Shown here one piece after another: positions 18,493 to 25,894 of a stretch of DNA of 36,293 nt. This DNA comes from an uncultured virus (IMG/VR IMGVR_UViG_3300037466_002408). Its lineage: Duplodnaviria > Heunggongvirae > Uroviricota > Caudoviricetes. Numbering within the stretch: position 1 is the first letter of the stretch; each line of letters opens with the position of its first letter. A program made the position numbers and the translations under genes. Where the stretch lies: the IMG/VR virus record IMGVR_UViG_3300037466_002408. One strand, 5' to 3'. The notes beneath the pieces are model-generated. The model searched no databases. It saw nothing but the letters and a program-made list of their open reading frames with translations, and was not told where the DNA came from.

Positions 18493-18979
18493 ACCGCTTC
18501 TTGCGGCGAACGTCCCGTTTGTTACGAATTGTGCCCCAATTGCCTGCCAAGGTGCCGCGCTCAGCGCCTTTCTTGAGCAGGTATGTGATTGCATGGTCCT
18601 GCGCCTCTTCGAACGTCTGACCATTAGCAACCGCAAACTCTGTGTACTCCTTGATTCTGGTTTCGGTGGTCTTGCGATCATCGTCCAGAATGTCAGAGCC
18701 AGTGCTGTGATTCAGCCGGTACATGTCCCGCATTTGGGCGCGAACGTCCTCAGCGGTGACTTCTCCGTTCTGATAAGCCTCAAGAAGCGCGTCAAAACCT
18801 AGATCCTGGTATTGAACCTTTTCTTTCCGAGTGAAGGGATCGCGCCTTACCTTTTTGATTTCAGACGGCGCTTTCGCCAGTTCAATCGCCGCCTCTTCAT
18901 CAGAGAGAAACCGGGTGTAAGCGATGCCCTCCGTTTTGGTTTCCTGAGCCTGATCAGGCTTGTGCTTGGCTTCTGCCAT
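18491..18979 (-). CDS. Hypothetical protein
   Basis: GGAGGA RBS before ATG 18979; ends at terminator. Confidence 0.8.
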   Translation of the reverse strand: MAEAKHKPDQAQETKTEGIAYTRFLSDEEAAIELAKAPSEIKKVRRDPFTRKEKVQYQDLGFDALLEAYQNGEVTAEDVRAQMRDMYRLNHSTGSDILDDDRKTTETRIKEYTEFAVANGQTFEEAQDHAITYLLKKGAERGTLAGNWGTIRNKRDVRRKKR

Positions 18980-18993
18980 AGCTTTCCTCCTAT

Positions 18994-19158
18994 TCACTTA
19001 CCAAGGTACCTCGGTGGCCTCTCAGCCACGTTTTCAGGGTATAATGAGGCAGGACGCAAGTGATCGGCCAAATCCGCCGAAGAACACCTTGGTAGCTGTG
19101 CGAAACCTCCAAACGCAGTAATGACGATGATAATGATGATAATAACAATGTTGCTCAT
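18994..19158 (-). CDS. 54-aa Ile-run peptide (small membrane protein or leader peptide)
   Basis: MSNIVIIIIIIVITAFGG...; TGA lies 2 nt before the next gene's AGGAGG RBS. Confidence 0.5.
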   Translation of the reverse strand: MSNIVIIIIIIVITAFGGFAQLPRCSSADLADHLRPASLYPENVAERPPRYLGK

Positions 19159-19224
19159 GTACGTGCCCGCGTTCTCTGTTCATCATGCGTATGAAGGGAA
19201 GTTAAAAATTTTCCAGATTCCCTA

Positions 19225-19253
19225 TTGACATTAACGTTATCGACTGTTATTCT
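19225..19253 (+). promoter_or_regulatory. Sigma70 promoter
   Basis: TTGACA-17 nt-TATTCT. Confidence 0.8.
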
Positions 19254-19287
19254 GAAAAAGTCGCCGGACAGAAAGCGAGGAAATTGA

Positions 19288-19602
19288 TTGCCGCCCCGCA
19301 AGGTCACTAACGTTTACAAGTACATTTGCAAAAATTGCCACGACGAAGCCAATACAATCATTGACGAATTATGTCCAATGTGTTATCGTTACAAACAAGA
19401 ACACGGACGACACAGGCCGCGATACAAAAAGGAACAGTTGGCAGAAATCCAAGATTGGCTGACGTACATCACCAACGACACCAAGCGCCTTAAGAAAGAA
19501 TTCAAAGGCGATAGCGAGTTGATTCGATTGGTTGAAGGTATGGAATTCGCCCAACAACAATTGAGTAAGGCGCTTAGAGAGCGCAGAAAGGAATCTAAGT
19601 AA
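19288..19602 (+). CDS. Zn-finger plus coiled-coil hypothetical protein
   Basis: CKNC...CPMC; GAGG RBS. Confidence 0.7.
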   Translation: MPPRKVTNVYKYICKNCHDEANTIIDELCPMCYRYKQEHGRHRPRYKKEQLAEIQDWLTYITNDTKRLKKEFKGDSELIRLVEGMEFAQQQLSKALRERRKESK

Positions 19603-19853
19603 TGACAGCACGTTTTGCGAATCCCAGTCTGATTGAATTGATTCAAAAGGCATCATGGTCACACACCATCAACTTTAACTATCTCACTTCCAAAGGTGAA
19701 GTTAAGCCTTATCATGTGGAGGTGTACGAAATGAAGGACAGTATTTTCTTTGGCTATGATTTGGCCGAAAACAAGACCAAAACCTTTAAGTATGATATGA
19801 TATACAGTGCATCCCTCGGTGTCCCGTTCACCCCGCGATTTGAAAGGAAGTAA
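19602..19853 (+). CDS. Stand-alone WYL-like domain protein
   Basis: I.F.Y...KGE....VE.Y......F.GYD......KTFK.D.I pattern. Confidence 0.65.
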   Translation: MTARFANPSLIELIQKASWSHTINFNYLTSKGEVKPYHVEVYEMKDSIFFGYDLAENKTKTFKYDMIYSASLGVPFTPRFERK

Positions 19854-19999
19854 AAATGTCGCCGCTGTATTGTTCTGAATGTAATGCTCTTATGGGGTCT
19901 TTCAGCACCGGGAATTTTTTGCCCTACATCATCTGTGTGGCTTGTAGTGTAGAAATCGACACCGACGCCTGCAATCACAAATAGAAATGAAGCAGGGGT

Positions 20000-20212
20000 A
20001 TGTATTTCTCCAAAGCTGAACACAACAGGGGCGATTTGAAGTTGACAAATTGGTGCAATAGTGTTATTATGGACGAAGACGACATTAATGACGCCATTCA
20101 ATTTTTCAACAGTTATAAAGAGGCCCGACAATTCACACACCACCAACAAGCATTGGATTACGCACTCAGTATGTTCAATTTGTACAAGAAAGGAAATAAC
20201 CCTCATGACTAG
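20000..20212 (+). CDS. Hypothetical protein
   Basis: GGGG RBS, coupled to downstream gene. Confidence 0.6.
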   Translation: MYFSKAEHNRGDLKLTNWCNSVIMDEDDINDAIQFFNSYKEARQFTHHQQALDYALSMFNLYKKGNNPHD

Positions 20213-20339
20213 TTTTTTCACGTCCCTGGCGGCCATTGCCATTTCCCTGTTTATCCTTGCCGCCGTTGTGGCCGTCTGCGTGGCTCCGTTCGCATTCCTT
20301 ATGTGGGCCATCAAGCAGTTTCGAGGGAGTAAGAGCTAA
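20205..20339 (+). CDS. Small membrane protein
   Basis: ATG after AAGGA; long hydrophobic stretch. Confidence 0.65.
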   Translation: MTSFFTSLAAIAISLFILAAVVAVCVAPFAFLMWAIKQFRGSKS

Positions 20340-20650
20340 TGAAAGCGCCGGAATGTAACTGGCCTGAATGCAAATTTCTCGCCACACATAAAGCTATAGA
20401 TTGTGACGGCGAACACCCTGTTTGTGATATTCACGCCAATTTATCGAAAGAGTATGGTAATGACGTGATCCCAATTAACGAATGGAATAAAATGCAAGAG
20501 GACGGCATGCCAACGTATGACGAAATTCTTGCGGAAGCACGCAAACTAAAATCAGCGTTAGAGGAAATTTCAAAAATGACGTACTCCGATTTTATCGAAG
20601 ATGCGTCCGAGAGAGCCCTTGAAGTGCTGAGAGAATCTAAATGGATCTAA
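20339..20650 (+). CDS. Hypothetical Zn-binding protein
   Basis: C....C...VC..H; TAATG coupling. Confidence 0.65.
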   Translation: MKAPECNWPECKFLATHKAIDCDGEHPVCDIHANLSKEYGNDVIPINEWNKMQEDGMPTYDEILAEARKLKSALEEISKMTYSDFIEDASERALEVLRESKWI

Positions 20651-22056
20651 CAAAATACAACTTCCTATTTGAACATCAAAAAAAGGGCGTTGAATTTCTA
20701 ATCGCCCAAATCAAAATGGGCCGCATCCTCGCTGATGACATGGGCCTTGGTAAGACACGACAATCCACAATTGCTGCTGACATTCTAAGGAAAGGAGGCA
20801 AAGTCCTCATTGTTTGCCCAGCGACATTAAAACTCGGCTGGCGTGATGAAATTCTAAAAGTGCTTCCAGACGCCAAGGTGTTCGTGTTCAGAACCCTCAA
20901 GCCAAAAGAGGAATTGGACACCAAGGCATTTGAAGCCGCCGAATGGGTTATCATCAGCTTCAAGCTGACCAAGAAATACGAGAGTCTACTGTTGGCCTAT
21001 GATTACGCCGTTTTCATTGGCGATGAGGCGCATGCCTTCAAGAATCCGACCGCTCAACGCACCAAGATCGCCTTTGGCTTCTCCAAGCGCAACAAGGTGG
21101 AGCATGTCGGCCTCGTTAGCAAATGCCGCTACACGTTCCTTCTAACAGGCACTCCGATCGTTTCCAGGCCCTTAGACCTGTTCCCTCTTTTGGAGGCCGT
21201 AAAGCACCCTCTAGGGGCCAACAAATACACGTATGGCATGCGGTTCTGTAATGGATACCGCACACGCTTCGGCCTCGACTTCACTGGAGCAAGTAATTTG
21301 CATATTCTGAATCGCGAAATCCAGAATGTGTATTTACGCCGAATGAAAAAAGACTGTCTGGATTTGCCTGCAAAGACAAGGCGAATTCTCCCGGTTGAAA
21401 TTGATTTGAATGAATACAACAAATATTGGGATGACTATTTCAAGGCTGTAATTATCGCCAATTCTAAATTGCCGCCAGCAAAGCGAAAGAATTACGCCAA
21501 TCAACATTTGGTGGAAACAATTAAGCTGTGTCAATCGGCAGCAATTAAAAAGGCTGAGCCCACAATTGAATTGGCAAAAGGTATTATTGAAGCTGGCGAA
21601 AAAGTCATCATCTTCACTAACTACACAGACGTTGCTGACGCTCTTAGTTCGTACTTTGGTGAGCAAGCTGTTTGCGTGGTTGGTGGAATGTCTGACAAGG
21701 CTAAACATGAGGCCGTCAGCCAATTCCAGAACAACGATAAAATCCGCGTCTTTGTGGGTAATTTGAGGGCAGCAGGAACCGGCTTGACCCTTACAGCGGC
21801 AACGCAAGTCATCATGAATGATTTCAGCTTTGTGCCTGCCGAACACCTACAAGCTGAGGACCGGGCTATGCGAATCGGCCAAAACAATAACGTCACCATT
21901 ACCTATATGATTGCCGAGGGCACAATTGATACATGGGCCTCTGGTCTAATGGTTGATAAGCTTGAAGTAATCTCACAGGCGGCCGATGGATTGTCGATTG
22001 GCGATAATGATGTAATTAACGACCTGTATGAAATGCTAGGAGGACAAATTAAGTGA
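20641..22056 (+). CDS. SNF2-family (SMARCAL1/HARP-like) helicase/ATPase
   Basis: ADDMGLGKT, DEAH, LTGTP, GTGLTLT, QAEDRAMRIGQ. Confidence 0.93.
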   Translation: MDLTKYNFLFEHQKKGVEFLIAQIKMGRILADDMGLGKTRQSTIAADILRKGGKVLIVCPATLKLGWRDEILKVLPDAKVFVFRTLKPKEELDTKAFEAAEWVIISFKLTKKYESLLLAYDYAVFIGDEAHAFKNPTAQRTKIAFGFSKRNKVEHVGLVSKCRYTFLLTGTPIVSRPLDLFPLLEAVKHPLGANKYTYGMRFCNGYRTRFGLDFTGASNLHILNREIQNVYLRRMKKDCLDLPAKTRRILPVEIDLNEYNKYWDDYFKAVIIANSKLPPAKRKNYANQHLVETIKLCQSAAIKKAEPTIELAKGIIEAGEKVIIFTNYTDVADALSSYFGEQAVCVVGGMSDKAKHEAVSQFQNNDKIRVFVGNLRAAGTGLTLTAATQVIMNDFSFVPAEHLQAEDRAMRIGQNNNVTITYMIAEGTIDTWASGLMVDKLEVISQAADGLSIGDNDVINDLYEMLGGQIK

Positions 22057-22230
22057 TAGAAATTAGGACCGCAAGCAATTTGTATTTTGAGATTGAAAAA
22101 GAAAACTGGAATGGTTCGATATTTAGTCTAGGTGCTGTAATTAACGAATACTGCGCCTTGTACAATTTTACTTTTATTCAATTTCAAGATTACAAAGGCG
22201 AATTGCATATTGTGTTCAGGACGGTGTAAT

Positions 22231-22515
22231 ATGTTTGTAAGTGATCACGCAGTACAAAGGTACAAAGAGCGAACATCATGTTCGGGCAAAATCAGCAACG
22301 ATCAGGTTCGGCAGTTTCTTGAATATGCCGTGAAGCGTTGTAACCAGCTTCTCTCTCGCCTAAAAAAGAAAGAGGGGCTTTATCGCTGGCATTACTACGT
22401 TCCGGCACGGAGCGAGACAGGAGAAGAAATTTATATCTGTGTTTCCGAGGATAAAGAAGTCGTGAAAAGTGTTATCACGGCGAAAATGTTTAAGAACCTC
22501 AAGGGCCGACTTTGA
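22231..22515 (+). CDS. Hypothetical phage protein (S.HA..RY.ER type)
   Basis: MFVSDHAVQRYKER start. Confidence 0.7.
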   Translation: MFVSDHAVQRYKERTSCSGKISNDQVRQFLEYAVKRCNQLLSRLKKKEGLYRWHYYVPARSETGEEIYICVSEDKEVVKSVITAKMFKNLKGRL

Positions 22516-22527
22516 TCGGCCTTTTTT
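22504..22527 (+). terminator. Intrinsic terminator
   Basis: GGCCGA-6 nt-TCGGCC-T6. Confidence 0.85.
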
Positions 22528-22542
22528 CTTGCCAACAACAAC

Positions 22543-22596
22543 TTTACAATCGTTAACAGAAATCAGGTTGACATTCATTTTGGGATTTGCTATTCT
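22543..22596 (+). promoter_or_regulatory. Sigma70 promoter with upstream tandem box
   Basis: TTTACAAT-CG-TTAACAGA; TTGACA (22568)-17 nt-TATTCT. Confidence 0.85.
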
Positions 22597-22666
22597 AAGA
22601 TTGTTCGCAGCCAAACCCGCTCAAGATTGGCGGTCGCTGAGGGGCGAACAAAGAAAGTAGGTTAAA

Positions 22667-22849
22667 ATGTTTACTAATTTTTTTGCTGGAAAAACTGTAG
22701 CTAGAATTGATGTTGTTGGCAACCAATTTCAAATTTGGTTTACTGATGACTCCTGGATCTATCTAGAATCTGTTGGTGAAAACTCCGTTTTGGAAGTTGA
22801 TTACGATATTAAAAGTACGCAGCTTGACACCAACAACAAAAACTGGTAA
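22667..22849 (+). CDS. Hypothetical protein
   Basis: TAGGT RBS; first gene after promoter. Confidence 0.65.
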   Translation: MFTNFFAGKTVARIDVVGNQFQIWFTDDSWIYLESVGENSVLEVDYDIKSTQLDTNNKNW

Positions 22850-23042
22850 GATGAATGACATCAAAGAAAGCGAGGTTATAAAAAATGAAAGGGGTCAAAT
22901 GGATTGTGATCTACAGGACTGGCGGTGGATTTACCAAAACAGTAAATATTGTTGGCGACCTCTACGATGTTCAAAATTTCCTTGATGATGAAGATATCCC
23001 TTACAAGTTAGTTATATCCATTACTTTCGTGGAGGAATAGAA

Positions 23043-23396
23043 ATGAACAAAACGCAAGAATTCATTTCCACCGGCTTTATGCTTGGTCAGAATCGAGCAA
23101 TGGGCGCTCACACTGTTACCAACACCATGGGACGCACCGCATACGTCCATCACGGTACCACCTGTATCATCTACAATCCGAGTGAAAATTCGGTGAAGTT
23201 GTACAACGGCGGGCATTTTTCTACCACCACCAAACAGATGATGAATGCCTGTCTAAAGGTTATTGGGTTCCCCCAGATCGAACAAAAAAATGGTGTCTGG
23301 ATTGTCAATGGTCATGTTTTTAGCGAAGGTATGAAGATTGCAAAACATGGTGACATTGTTAATACTGGTCTAGCACCAGAAATCGGAGGAAAATAA
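23043..23396 (+). CDS. Conserved hypothetical phage protein
   Basis: GGAGG RBS; H.T.I...GG..S.TTK..MN pattern. Confidence 0.8.
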   Translation: MNKTQEFISTGFMLGQNRAMGAHTVTNTMGRTAYVHHGTTCIIYNPSENSVKLYNGGHFSTTTKQMMNACLKVIGFPQIEQKNGVWIVNGHVFSEGMKIAKHGDIVNTGLAPEIGGK

Positions 23397-23572
23397 TGAA
23401 TTGGAAATTTGATTGTTATCGCAAAGAGTGGATTTGCGAACATGGTGTCGGCCATTATGATCCATTCCTCAATAAATACACCACTCATGGCTGTGAGGGT
23501 TGTTGTGGTCATGATGACTTCCCCGGCAATGTTCCACTGGAAAATCGCGACACCAACTTTTACAAACGGTAA
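23396..23572 (+). CDS. 58-aa Cys/His metal-binding protein
   Basis: CEHGVGH...HGCEGCC; GGAGG RBS, TAATG coupling. Confidence 0.75.
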   Translation: MNWKFDCYRKEWICEHGVGHYDPFLNKYTTHGCEGCCGHDDFPGNVPLENRDTNFYKR

Positions 23573-23622
23573 CAAAAGACTTTCAAAAAGTAGTTGACAC
23601 TAACAACAACACCTGATAGTAT
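23559..23622 (+). promoter_or_regulatory. Sigma70 promoter with upstream tandem box
   Basis: TTTACAAA-CG-GTAACAAA; TTGACA (23594)-17 nt-TAGTAT. Confidence 0.8.
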
Positions 23623-23678
23623 AAAAGAGTCAAGACAAACAAGCCGCTCCAAAAGAGCGAGAAAAGAGGAAAATTAAA

Positions 23679-24224
23679 ATGACTACCAAGACCAACAAGA
23701 CCAGCACTGTTAACACCAACAAGGGCAAGGGTAAGGACGACAACACCTTCCAGGCCAACATGCCCTCTGAGGATGATATGGTCAACATGCTCAAGACCCT
23801 TATCGCCAACGCCGAGAAGGAAATCACCGAGAGTGTGAAAACTCTTGAGGGCATCACCGCTGAGATTGACGAGAAGCAGGCCGAGATCAAGACGCTGCGC
23901 ACTCAGCAGGACGATCTCACCGCTCAGGTTCGCCCCACGCAGCGCAAGATCAATAACTGGAAGGCTGCGCTTGCTGACCTTGAGAAGCCGACTGATGTGG
24001 GCACGACTGGCGGCAACCGTGCTGGTGCTGGCCGTCCTCCTGTCACCACGCTGCCTAACTGGCTCACTGGCCTGCCAGATGAGTTCACGGCTGATGACGT
24101 TGCCAACACTCACAACATGCCCCGTTCGTCGGTTCTCACGTACCTGTCTCGTTACTCCAAGGATGGCCGCTTCATCGAGCGTGTCAGCACCGGCACCTAT
24201 CGCCTTCTGGCTGCCAACAGCTAA
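23679..24224 (+). CDS. Coiled-coil plus winged-HTH DNA-binding protein
   Basis: Long heptad region, GGNRAGAGRP linker, FTADDVA...IERVSTGTYRL wing. Confidence 0.75.
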   Translation: MTTKTNKTSTVNTNKGKGKDDNTFQANMPSEDDMVNMLKTLIANAEKEITESVKTLEGITAEIDEKQAEIKTLRTQQDDLTAQVRPTQRKINNWKAALADLEKPTDVGTTGGNRAGAGRPPVTTLPNWLTGLPDEFTADDVANTHNMPRSSVLTYLSRYSKDGRFIERVSTGTYRLLAANS

Positions 24225-24291
24225 CCCTCAGAGGTTCGGGGGAGTCTAAATGGCTCCCCTGCTCTAATTAACGAGAAGTAGAGGTATCAGT

Positions 24292-24429
24292 ATGACCACC
24301 GAAGAACTGGCAAACGAGATTCTGGCCGTCGTCGCGGATTATTTCGCTGGCGAAACGGACAAGGATGCCGAGGACACGCTGCACCAGATTGCCGCCATCG
24401 TTGCCGATGTTGGCGTAACCAACGAGTAG
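24292..24429 (+). CDS. 45-aa acidic protein
   Basis: GAGGT RBS; MTTEELANEILAVVADYFAG... Confidence 0.7.
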   Translation: MTTEELANEILAVVADYFAGETDKDAEDTLHQIAAIVADVGVTNE

Positions 24430-24641
24430 AGAAGAACTACGCGATGAGAGCCCAATGCCAGGCCAAGTTGATCGGCTGGAATAACAAGCCCGCCAGCCTG
24501 TGAATGGCGGGTCGAAAACGAGGCTTACCCTGATGGGCGCGTGGTTTGCCGTGCGCACCTCGGCAACTACCTCGCCAACCGATGCCCCAACACGGTGACA
24601 TACCTTCACGTCATCGCCAGCGAATAGAGGAGATCATCGGC

Positions 24642-24782
24642 GTGATGATTAATAACCCGTCAACGACGAATTGCGACAAGTGCCGCGATAGATACTGTGT
24701 TTGGGGTTTACTTGAGAGGCCCCGCCCCTGGCGCTGTGAGCCTTGCACGAAGAAGCACGGCCCCATCAGCGAGAAGAAGTAA
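24642..24782 (+). CDS. Small Zn-finger protein
   Basis: GAGGAG RBS; CDKC...CEPC. Confidence 0.6.
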   Translation: MMINNPSTTNCDKCRDRYCVWGLLERPRPWRCEPCTKKHGPISEKK

Positions 24783-24832
24783 AATCAGCTGCCAGATAAC
24801 CCTTCTTATCTGGCGTACACAGGAGTATACAG

Positions 24833-25045
24833 ATGGCCCAAAACCCCAAGCCGACTAGGCGAGAACGCAAGCGAAACAGTCACCAGACCCGCATCGCCAA
24901 GCGGCTCATCCGTGAGGTTGTGAACGAGGACTGGGAGTACCGAAGCGACCGCACCAAGCGCAAGCGTCGGGAATGGCGGAAGAACGCAAACAGGCGGCTG
25001 GCTGAAATGCGGGTCATGCGCGCCACCAAGATGAAAGCCAGATAA
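24833..25045 (+). CDS. Very basic Arg-rich protein
   Basis: AGGAG RBS; K/R-rich. Confidence 0.7.
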   Translation: MAQNPKPTRRERKRNSHQTRIAKRLIREVVNEDWEYRSDRTKRKRREWRKNANRRLAEMRVMRATKMKAR

Positions 25046-25221
25046 TCGACGTTATATTTACATTGGAGGAAGTATATGACTCTGGATGAAGTAAAAAGTT
25101 TGATTAAGTCAAATGCCAGCCATTACGCTATTGCATATGCCATTACATACCTTGGGTTTCAAATTGGAAAAATTGCCGAACTCGAAATCCAGAAATGGAA
25201 CTACCAGCTTGGTACTCGATA

Positions 25222-25398
25222 ATGGGAGTAGTAAAAGAATTCACTACCCTCGTTGATGAAACCACAGAGGGCCTAAAGCAAATCATGAAAATAATGGCCG
25301 AATGCGGCTTTGACATGACAGACGAGACAATGCAGGACTTGAATAAAGCCTGGATACGGCTTTATAACATTAAGAGAGAAATGGGGTCGGGTGAATAA
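25222..25398 (+). CDS. Hypothetical protein (preceded by a 48-aa ORF at 25076-25222)
   Basis: TAATG coupling; ends in terminator hairpin 25385-25410. Confidence 0.6.
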   Translation: MGVVKEFTTLVDETTEGLKQIMKIMAECGFDMTDETMQDLNKAWIRLYNIKREMGSGE

Positions 25399-25422
25399 CC
25401 TGGCCTTTTTCTTTGGCGAAAT

Positions 25423-25476
25423 TTTACAATCCGTAATCTAAAAACCCTTGACTGTAATCATAGAATTTGGTAATCT
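25423..25476 (+). promoter_or_regulatory. Sigma70 promoter with upstream tandem box
   Basis: TTTACAAT-CC-GTAATCTA; TTGACT (25448)-17 nt-TAATCT. Confidence 0.75.
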
Positions 25477-25503
25477 GTAAATGTAAGCAAGGGAGACAAC
25501 GAA

Positions 25504-25710
25504 ATGCTCAGAACGAAACAATTTTATCGCAAGAGTGTTCGCGCACTTCTTGACGAAATTAAGTACCACCGAAAGCATGGCGATAGGCGTGCTGTAAAGC
25601 ATTTGCAATGCGTATTGTGGGATTTACGCACACACTGGCAACAAGTCATTAAAGTTGAACGCCTGGAAAACAAAAAGCGAGGTAGAAATGGTCGCCGGAA
25701 TCACAAATAA
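25504..25710 (+). CDS. Basic hypothetical protein
   Basis: GGGAG RBS after promoter. Confidence 0.7.
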   Translation: MLRTKQFYRKSVRALLDEIKYHRKHGDRRAVKHLQCVLWDLRTHWQQVIKVERLENKKRGRNGRRNHK

Positions 25711-25817
25711 AGGTATTTTGTACGCTGGCGGAATCGCCGGATTCAAAGTTTGGATCAACACCCTGATCAAAGTCTGTGGTCCAACAACAAAAATTTCCGA
25801 AATCAACAAAATACTAC

Positions 25818-25846
25818 TTGACAAGTAAAACGAGAAACGGTATTAT
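25818..25846 (+). promoter_or_regulatory. Sigma70 promoter
   Basis: TTGACA-17 nt-TATTAT. Confidence 0.8.
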
Positions 25847-25894
25847 AGAAGAACAAACAAGGCACCCCCAACGATAAGAAAGAGAGAATTCCAT

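Noticed and set aside
19045..19095. c-di-GMP-I riboswitch (GGACGCAAG)
   Set aside because: Lacks the upstream GGCAAAC/GNRA stem and is on the opposite strand to the adjacent gene.
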